Assembly: GCF_900079115.1 (NCBI RefSeq)
Contig: NZ_LT549890.1
Coordinates: 90,001-122,000, forward strand
From: Saccharolobus solfataricus
GTDB lineage: Archaea > Thermoproteota > Thermoprotei_A > Sulfolobales > Sulfolobaceae
Direction: 5' to 3'
Length of the DNA: 32,000 nucleotides
Shown: piece after piece, positions 26,029-32,000 of the stretch
Layout of the letters: each line of letters starts with the position of its first letter
How positions within the stretch are numbered: the first letter of the stretch is position 1
The notes under the pieces: generated by a model
What the model saw: only the letters and a program-made list of their open reading frames with translations
The model's database searches: none
What the model was told of the DNA's origin: nothing
Translations under genes and position numbers: made by a program

Positions 26029-26182
26029 GCAAAAAATCGAATTAAAACTCAGTTGTTGAAGAGAAGATGAAGTTGTTAAAGAAGAATCAGAATAGTGAAA
26101 ATAATTCTAAAGAGATGAAAGTTGAGTGGGGTACCCACTCAACTTTTAGCAATGACAAGCAAAAAATTGAATTAAAACCCAG
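26029..26182. repeat. Pair of 24-nt direct repeats bracketing tandem 12-mers and the hairpin
   Basis: GCAAAAAATCGAATTAAAACTCAG versus GCAAAAAATTGAATTAAAACCCAG (22/24), 130 bp apart. AGTTGTT(G/A)AAGA occurs at 26051 and 26071. Confidence 0.6.
26118..26146. promoter_or_regulatory. Perfect 13-bp stem / 3-nt loop hairpin in the non-coding region downstream of repA (candidate origin element or terminator)
   Basis: AAAGTTGAGTGGG-GTA-CCCACTCAACTTT. It is flanked by 24-nt direct repeats at 26029-26052 and 26159-26182. Confidence 0.45.
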
Positions 26183-26441
26183 CTGCAGCTGAATAAAATT
26201 GGATTTAACACGGGGGGTTTGGGGCTGACGTAGGCGTTAAATTATTTCAATTAATTTTTGATAATATGAGTGAAATATACAATAACTCTGAATTTTGATA
26301 AGCACGGCGGGAATTAGGTTACGAAGTCACATTTTCTTTATATTATTATTTAACACAAAAAACACGCCGTGTTATAGGGTAAAAAAAGAAAAATTGAGTG
26401 ACTTTGTAACCTTAAATGTACATGACAGTATAAAAATTCAA

Positions 26442-28004
26442 TTATAAAAAACTAAACCCCCGTGGTTGGATAGATATTTCCCATGCATCTATACCACGGC
26501 TAAAACACATGTTCTTCTTCGTGCAGAAATCTATAAACACATTAGCCTTTTCAGTACTTCCGAAATCCCTGACCAGATCAGCGAATTCCTTAATCATGTG
26601 ATTGTTCTTCAAGATGTAGTTAAGGAATTCCCCATAATCACCACCCGTGGTTTCATTTGTTTGTACTGTGTTAATTTTGATACCTACTACTGCTCTGAAT
26701 CTCTTTCCTTCTACGTTTTTCATTACTACAGTTAAGTTGAAATAGTCCCTGAGTCTTCTCACGAAACCTTTATACGTTGTGGCATTATAGCCATTCGTAG
26801 AACAATACTCCAGATACATTCTGTACAATTCTTTGACTCTAACATAATCATCAGCGTTTTTAGTTATCATAATTTCACCGTGCTTTAGCTTCTCTTTCAC
26901 AAACTTGTACACATAATCAATTGTTGAAAGCCATATTCCTCTAACCTCTTCCTCTGTCTGCTCAAAGTCAAACTTCCCATGTAACAACACTCTACTAAAT
27001 GCCAAAATTGAAACCGTTAGAATACCCTCTAACTCATCTTCAGTGAATGTTTTATCCCCCCACGCCGTGTTGTCTTCAAATTGGTTAGGAAATTCGATAA
27101 TCAACCATCTGTGCCAAAATGCCATGTCGTTTTTATCTCTTATTGTTGGTGGCTTATTTGATGCAATAACTAACTTTGCGTAAGGAGTGAAAGTTATAGG
27201 GTCTTTGAACTTTACATCCGCCGTGATCCGATCACCGCCCGTTAGTACCTTAAGAGTATCCATATCGTCTAGGTTGTACTCCTTTGTTTCGCTTACAGCA
27301 TTAACCAACTTATGGTATAATTCAGCTAACACGAATCGATTTTTATCTCCAAATAATATATGTAGTGGAATATTCACTACATTACCACGCCCTAGTAACT
27401 TCTTTATTAGATTGATGAAAGTGGATTTGCCGGTGCCTCTTGGTCCTAAAATCATAAAGGCTTTTCTAAACTCTATCTTTGGAAATAATGTATAACCTAT
27501 AATTTCAAACAATGTAACCCATTTCTCATTCGCCCACTGTTTGAACACTTCCAGGCTTTTCGGACACAACCGCCGTGCTAAATCTTCTATCAAATCTATT
27601 GGTATATCACGTGCGCTAAGAACTTCTTCATTAATTTTGACCAACTCTTCCAGGTGAATCTTATGCGGAATATAATGAAATGCGAAATGTTCTGGTGTTC
27701 TTTCCTCAGCAAGAACAAAAGATGGTACATATCGCCCGTGCGATATCTTCCACTCTAATGTGCAATTGGGAAACGCCACGCGTAATGGTTCGTTTGGTAA
27801 CGGTATTAATGTCTTATCTTTGATCTCATCTACTACATTATCGATAATTGTTTTGCTTATCACATACGGCTTTAGCTCATCATTAGCTAAATCAGTATAA
27901 TATTCAAGTAACGCACGTGCTTTTTTCCTCAGTCTGTTCTCAAAAGGTTCAAAGATTCCCTTTTCCTTATTCCATATGAAAATTCCTATAATCGCATCTT
28001 TTAA
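26442..28004 (-). pseudogene. repA: repA C-terminal part (SF3/D5-type helicase domain), 520 codons
   Basis: Walker A ILGPRGTGKSTF and a D5-like C-terminal region. The first 12 codons of the listed ORF (MSKIGETPLDMG) are read from the IS terminal repeat plus the target duplication. Confidence 0.85.
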
Positions 28005-28013
28005 CCCCATGTC

Positions 28014-29452
28014 CAGTGGTGTTTCACCAATTTTACTCAAAATGATACAATTTCTATGGAAGAGAAAAATATCAGAGCGGAGTTAGAAAAATCGGCTTAT
28101 TTCAACACAAGAAGCAAAAAATTTTCATATTTGTTGAAGAAACTAACAGAAAACGAGTTTATATATAAAGAGTAATACCATTTGTCTAGTATTATCAATA
28201 GAGGAAAGTAGGTGGAAGGACGAGATGAACAAGAAAAGGTTAAAGCGAGGGACTCCATAACTCCGTTATGCAAACCATGATATTACCCAAAACGGAGCTG
28301 AAGTCCCTCGCTATAACTTTAGCAACAAACAATATTAACGTTATCTCTCAAGATCTAGACCCGGAAATAGTGAAAGCAGCACCATCCTTGCTAACCGGAA
28401 ACAGAGGAAAATACTACTTGAAGGTAGTAAGACGAGGCGAGAAAGTAATTAGTAAAGGTCAGAGAACCTTCAAGTTCTACCCAATCTACAGAGAAGTAAA
28501 GGGAGAGACCAACGTAGTCGCTGTAGATGAGACCGGATTAACCGTGGGAGAAAAGGAACAAGAAAAAGCAGAGGGCTTTCTACTCTACAACTGGAAGAGA
28601 AAAGGAGTAAAGATGAGATCCTTGGACCTCGTATATCCCTTAAGGTTACCCCTCCTAGTGGAGGTAGCAGATTTGAGAAGCGACAGTCCATCACAGTTCC
28701 TACTCAGGAGCGTGAGGGAAGTAAGCCAATACATGGAAATAGATTACGTTGTAGCTGACGCCGGATTCTTGAACCTAGGGGTCATCAAGGAAATGCCCGT
28801 GAAGACCATTGTGAGAGGAAAGTCGAACTTGAAGGGATTCAAGGAACTATCTAACGTTCCATTAGTTGAGAAGAGATATGAGGTTAAGGACAAGGTTTAC
28901 GTTGCGTATAGGGTCTTGGAATTTGAAGGGCTTTATTATTACGATGTGGTTTACGTTAAGGGGAAGCCGAGGCACTTCATGTTCGTAACGAACTTCGAGG
29001 GAGATCCCTATGAACTGGCTGAACTCTATAGGTTGAGGTGGCAAGTTGAGGAGGGTTTTAAGGTTAGGAAGGCAAGGATAAGGTATGTTAGGAAGTTGAG
29101 TAATAAGATCTTCTTGTTCCTCTATTACACGGTTCTGGATTCTGCGTGGAATCTAGTGAATCATCTTCTCTTTAACTTCAAGTCCACGTGTAAGAAGGTT
29201 TTGTCCTTCGATTCATTCGTCAAGCTTCTCTAACTTTCTCGGTGTTCAGAGGAGACTATGCACGTCGTTTTCACCACGTGAGAAAAATTCAGAATTCTCC
29301 TCTTATTATTAGAATTGTACGCTATATTTTTTGCAAATTATTTTAACATGTTATGTTTCATAATAATTTTATTGTTTTTCTCTATATCAATCTCTTTTTG
29401 AAAGGACTAATATTATATCTTTCAAATGAAATAATTTGGTGAAACACCACTG
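28014..29452 (+). mobile_element. IS element of exactly 1,439 bp (ISC1439-like, ISH3/IS4-type) inserted in repA
   Basis: 17-bp perfect terminal inverted repeat CAGTGGTGTTTCACCAA (28014-28030 and, reverse-complemented, 29436-29452). 9-bp direct repeat CCCCATGTC (28005-28013 and 29453-29461). Confidence 0.85.
28268..29233 (+). CDS. DDE transposase of the 1,439-bp IS
   Basis: Motifs VVAVDETGL, DYVVADAGF and YRLRWQVEEGFKVRK. GC content is higher than the flanking plasmid DNA. Confidence 0.85.
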   Translation: MQTMILPKTELKSLAITLATNNINVISQDLDPEIVKAAPSLLTGNRGKYYLKVVRRGEKVISKGQRTFKFYPIYREVKGETNVVAVDETGLTVGEKEQEKAEGFLLYNWKRKGVKMRSLDLVYPLRLPLLVEVADLRSDSPSQFLLRSVREVSQYMEIDYVVADAGFLNLGVIKEMPVKTIVRGKSNLKGFKELSNVPLVEKRYEVKDKVYVAYRVLEFEGLYYYDVVYVKGKPRHFMFVTNFEGDPYELAELYRLRWQVEEGFKVRKARIRYVRKLSNKIFLFLYYTVLDSAWNLVNHLLFNFKSTCKKVLSFDSFVKLL

Positions 29453-30604
29453 CCCCATGTCTTGATAGAAAGTTCTGATTACGTATTTTTTCCTTAAGAG
29501 ATTAGATATTATTAAAGCCCCCCTTAGCTTAAGTTCTGTCTTCTTGTCGCCATTTCTGAACTCCGTTAACCACGGCTTCACTCTTTCCCATATTTTGGCC
29601 ACCGTGTGAAACGTATATTTATCCCATTTAGGTTCAAAGACCTTACTATCCTCTGGTAGTAATTGCATTACTACGTCTAGATCTGTTGCCCCGTGGCTTA
29701 ACAAAAAGTTCAGTAAATGCCAATCCCCTCTACTTCTATCTATTCCTATATCCGCGTATGTCTTTTTATCGCAAAGCACGCCTTTAGCAATATTTAGCGT
29801 TTCTTTCGCTTTTTCTTCAGCATGTTCAATCTTCTTTTTGATTGCCTTACATAATTCATCTCTTATCGCGTCTAACGTTTTTCCTCTATATCTATCATAT
29901 TTCCTCATCTCTTCCTTTAGTTTCTCAAAATCTTCTTCAGTATCACTTTTCTTGTTACCGCCTAACCATTCTAACAATCCACTCGCGGGTGTTATTCCTA
30001 ATTTCTTCCCTTTCTCTACCAGATACTTTAGAAAGCCTTTCAGATGTATCTCATTTATTTTAGCTCTCTCCGGCGTGATATCTGCGTAATAACATGTAAC
30101 ATAATCTTGTCCTTTCCACGGGCATTTTGCCGAATCACAGAACTTATGGTTAATACAAGAACCGGGGGCTACCACATATGATTTTAGACTTTGCAAATCC
30201 ATTACGTTTTTATTTTCCCTAAGAAACGCTGGATTAAACTTGTATTCCGGGAATTCTTCTGTTATCGCATAAATGTGTAAACCGTTATGTGGCGTGGTCA
30301 CGCATAGTGTGTTTTGGCATAATTTGTTTAGCTCACTTTCACCTATCCAGGCTTTGAGAAGTTCCTTATCCTCAAAATCCAAAATCACTAGTGCACGATT
30401 CTTATCTAACATTTGTCCCGGGATCCCGTAGTTATACCCCTCTTCGATCATCTTTGGAAATTTCTCTTTCTCTTCATCAGTCAAAGCACGCGTGCTATAC
30501 TGTTGCCAATTTGGTATGGTCGGCTTTTTTGTATCTCTGTCAATTGGGATTACCGCAAAACCTAGCGTGTCAATAAACCATTTAGCCCACTCTATTTTGT
30601 CCAT
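29453..30604 (-). pseudogene. repA: repA N-terminal part (archaeo-eukaryotic primase-polymerase domain), 384 codons
   Basis: FAVIPIDRDTKKPTIPNWQQY, acidic VILDFED, TTPHNGLHIYA and DLQSLKSYVVAPGS follow the pRN1 ORF904 prim-pol pattern. The last 21 codons of the listed ORF are IS-derived. Confidence 0.85.
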
Positions 30605-30819
30605 GCTCTCACTCTTCTAAGAAGTGTGTAAGGTGTGTCCCCGTGATAGTTTCCTTTAATTTCGGCGTAGATCTTATCACTAAAACTTAGCGGACATTCC
30701 GCATAGTATCCTATGTACCCGCATACAGATGAATCGTCAAAGCAGTGCCTTCCAAATGGGCATGAAGGCTTTTTATTCTGTTTAATAAATTTACATTTAG
30801 CCGTCTTTTTCACCCCCAA
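30592..30819 (-). CDS. Cys-rich 75-aa protein between copG and repA
   Basis: TTG/GTG start only. Five Cys (KCKF..SCPFGRHC..VCGY..ECP). Overlaps the repA start by 13 nt and lies in the same frame as copG. Confidence 0.35.
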   Translation of the reverse strand: MGVKKTAKCKFIKQNKKPSCPFGRHCFDDSSVCGYIGYYAECPLSFSDKIYAEIKGNYHGDTPYTLLRRVRAWTK

Positions 30820-30852
30820 ATCCTGATCTATGACGAATAGGGAAAAAACGGA

Positions 30853-31005
30853 TTAACTTGTGACGAGATTCAACTCCTTAGCCTTTTCTTTCAGTAAAAT
30901 CCTAACCACGCCAGAGCGTGGCACTCCATAATACTCGGCCAATTTTTCCAATATCTGTATATCTTCTTCTCTTAACCTTAGGAATACCAGTGGGTTTCTT
31001 CCCAT
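30853..31005 (-). CDS. copG: CopG-like ribbon-helix-helix protein, 50 aa (below the ORF-track cutoff)
   Basis: MGRNPLVFLRLREEDIQILEKLAEYYGVPRSGVVRILLKEKAKELNLVTS has a beta strand followed by two helices. GGTGA lies 6 nt upstream of the ATG. TTTATAAA at 31039-31046. Its position upstream of repA matches pRN plasmids. Confidence 0.7.
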   Translation of the reverse strand: MGRNPLVFLRLREEDIQILEKLAEYYGVPRSGVVRILLKEKAKELNLVTS

Positions 31006-31638
31006 CTAAATCACCAAGTTAATCGAATTGCCTATGCGTTTATAAATTTTCTCTGTCGAGAGAATTTTCGTGGGAATAGCTCACTTTACGAATATTAGAC
31101 CAACATATTTACATAATCTTTAAATACTTCTTCAACCAGTTGTTTGAGTAACGTTTAGGCAACAAATAGCGCTAAAATTTGTATTGTTAACAATCAAATT
31201 GAAATATTCAATTAATTTCACGATACTCGAATAATCTTTTGTTGTGCAATAGGTGCTTTTTTGCGTGCAACATATAGAAAAAAAGAAAAGGACGGCCCAT
31301 GTGGAAGGGGCTAAAATATCATTATATGTCACATCTAATATTCCCCCTAGTCTAACAATTTTACTCTTCATTCTGATAAAAATTCAAGTAAGAAGAGTGA
31401 AGAGAGAAGAGAGAAGAAAATAGAAGGGAAGAAGAAGAATAAACGCGGAAGAGCGCAAAAGAGAGCGTTTGAACCCACGGGTGGGCCCAATAGCATTCAT
31501 TCTTAGTTTTCTGATGAAGAGAACGGAGAGAAGAGAGAAAAAGACCGGTTTTCTAACACAATTGGCAATTGGCAAACAAATAAATATTTATGCAGATGGA
31601 TATTCAAAAATGCAACAACGCAATGAAAAAAAAAGAAA

Positions 31639-31887
31639 CTAGATAATCTTTTCAATCTCTCTTCTAAACTCATTCAGCGCCGTGTTTAAAACATCAACCA
31701 ACTTTTCTTTTCTTTTCATTGCCAACACACCGACCAATTTTTCGCACTTTTCATCTGAAATAATAAACCTACCTTCGCGTAGCGCATAAATTGTCTTTTT
31801 CTTGAATCCTACTTCCACCAGATCCTCATCATCCGCCATTTCAACCAATTGTTGTTTGAATTTTCTTGGTAGGAACTCACAAACCAT
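31639..31887 (-). CDS. plrA: PlrA (pRN1 ORF80)-like small DNA-binding protein, 82 aa from ATG 31887
   Basis: Assignment rests on size and plasmid context, an HTH-like GFKKKTIYALREGRFIISDEK, and a heptad-like C-terminus. It is not based on a remembered alignment. Confidence 0.45.
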   Translation of the reverse strand: MVCEFLPRKFKQQLVEMADDEDLVEVGFKKKTIYALREGRFIISDEKCEKLVGVLAMKRKEKLVDVLNTALNEFRREIEKII

Positions 31888-31892
31888 CTTCC

Positions 31893-31954
31893 TTCTATAC
31901 CCCAATAGAACATTCTACTAGGCATTATAAAAAGCTTTCTATAGGGGTATAGAA
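31893..31954. promoter_or_regulatory. 11-bp perfect inverted repeat bracketing the plrA TATA box (candidate operator)
   Basis: TTCTATACCCC (31893-31903) and GGGGTATAGAA (31944-31954) flank TTTTTATAAT (complement of 31924-31933). Confidence 0.4.
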
Positions 31955-32000
31955 CAACAAAAACCACGGGCTAAGATGTGTTGAAAATCCTATCAACCTC

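Larger units (their letters stand above)
25700..32000 (-). mobile_element. Integrated pRN-family plasmid (pXQ1-like), left junction inside the tRNA-Val 3' half, continuing beyond the window
   Basis: Contains Int(N) at the tRNA, copG, a replicase of the pRN1 ORF904 type and a plrA-like gene, all on the minus strand. The right att copy and Int(C) are not in the window. Confidence 0.8.

Noticed and set aside
26225-26234. 10-mer CTGACGTAGG shared with the right end and flank of the middle IS (24938-24947), and TACGCAAAAAAT shared between 24914-24925 and 26026-26037
   Set aside because: These are short post-hoc matches with no extended similarity on either side. I cannot distinguish them from chance without a genome-wide count.
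28114-28122. GCAAAAAAT / ATTTTTTGC (29326-29334) as the ends of the IS in repA
   Set aside because: This is only a 9-bp A-rich match with no flanking duplication. It is superseded by the 17-bp perfect repeat with a 9-bp duplication, which also restores the repA frame.
26466-30576. Plus-strand ORFs inside the repA fragments (26466-26735, 27187-27495, 29838-30089, 29842-30063, 30391-30576) and minus-strand ORFs inside the IS transposase (28470-28694, 28862-29044)
   Set aside because: They are shadow frames of strongly supported genes on the opposite strand, with low-complexity translations.
31132-31575. Minus-strand ORFs 31132-31371 (79 aa) and 31384-31575 (63 aa) in the plasmid
   Set aside because: The second is the pyrimidine-strand reading of the polypurine tract (LLSSLFTLLT). 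The first has no start context, motif or coupling, so I treat it as non-coding pending comparison with related plasmids.
1-32000. CRISPR arrays, rRNA genes and recognisable defence or toxin-antitoxin modules
   Set aside because: I saw no regularly spaced direct repeats of CRISPR type, no rRNA-like sequence, and no gene pairs with known defence signatures on reading through. The only repeats are IS termini, the plasmid non-coding repeats and the GC-rich hairpin element.

Overview
AT-rich (about 35% GC) crenarchaeal chromosome segment. Gene order and several exact protein lengths match what I recall of Saccharolobus (Sulfolobus) solfataricus P2 around SSO0112-SSO0131; this is recall, not a search. 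There are three blocks. (1) 1-21.8 kb is host core. It carries a wHTH-CBS regulator with a small JAMM protease. On the minus strand it carries the complete UV-inducible pili operon upsX-E-F-A-B, followed by the conserved DNA-processing cluster: endonuclease III, ParB-like nuclease, membrane GT2 and the 875-aa Lhr/Hel112-type helicase. Housekeeping genes follow: Nop2/Sun methyltransferase, UbiA prenyltransferase, citramalate/isopropylmalate synthase and CbiG-like. The block ends with the class III signal peptidase PibD, which has Asp23 and Asp80 in place. (2) 21.9-25.5 kb is a three-deep nest of insertion sequences, all with inactivated transposases except possibly the innermost. (3) From tRNA-Val(CAC) at 25625-25699 to the window end lies an integrated pRN-type plasmid. 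It is bounded by the N-terminal fragment of a partitioned SSV-type integrase. It carries copG, a Cys-rich ORF, a primase-polymerase/SF3-helicase replicase and a plrA-like gene. The replicase is split by a 1,439-bp IS with 17-bp inverted repeats and a 9-bp target duplication. Removing the IS in silico restores exactly 904 codons. This looks like the element described as pXQ1. I see no CRISPR array, rRNA or obvious defence system. The least-explained items are UpsX, a small antisense wHTH gene inside the ups/repair cluster, a repeat-rich candidate plasmid origin, and a small GC-rich hairpin repeat present twice.
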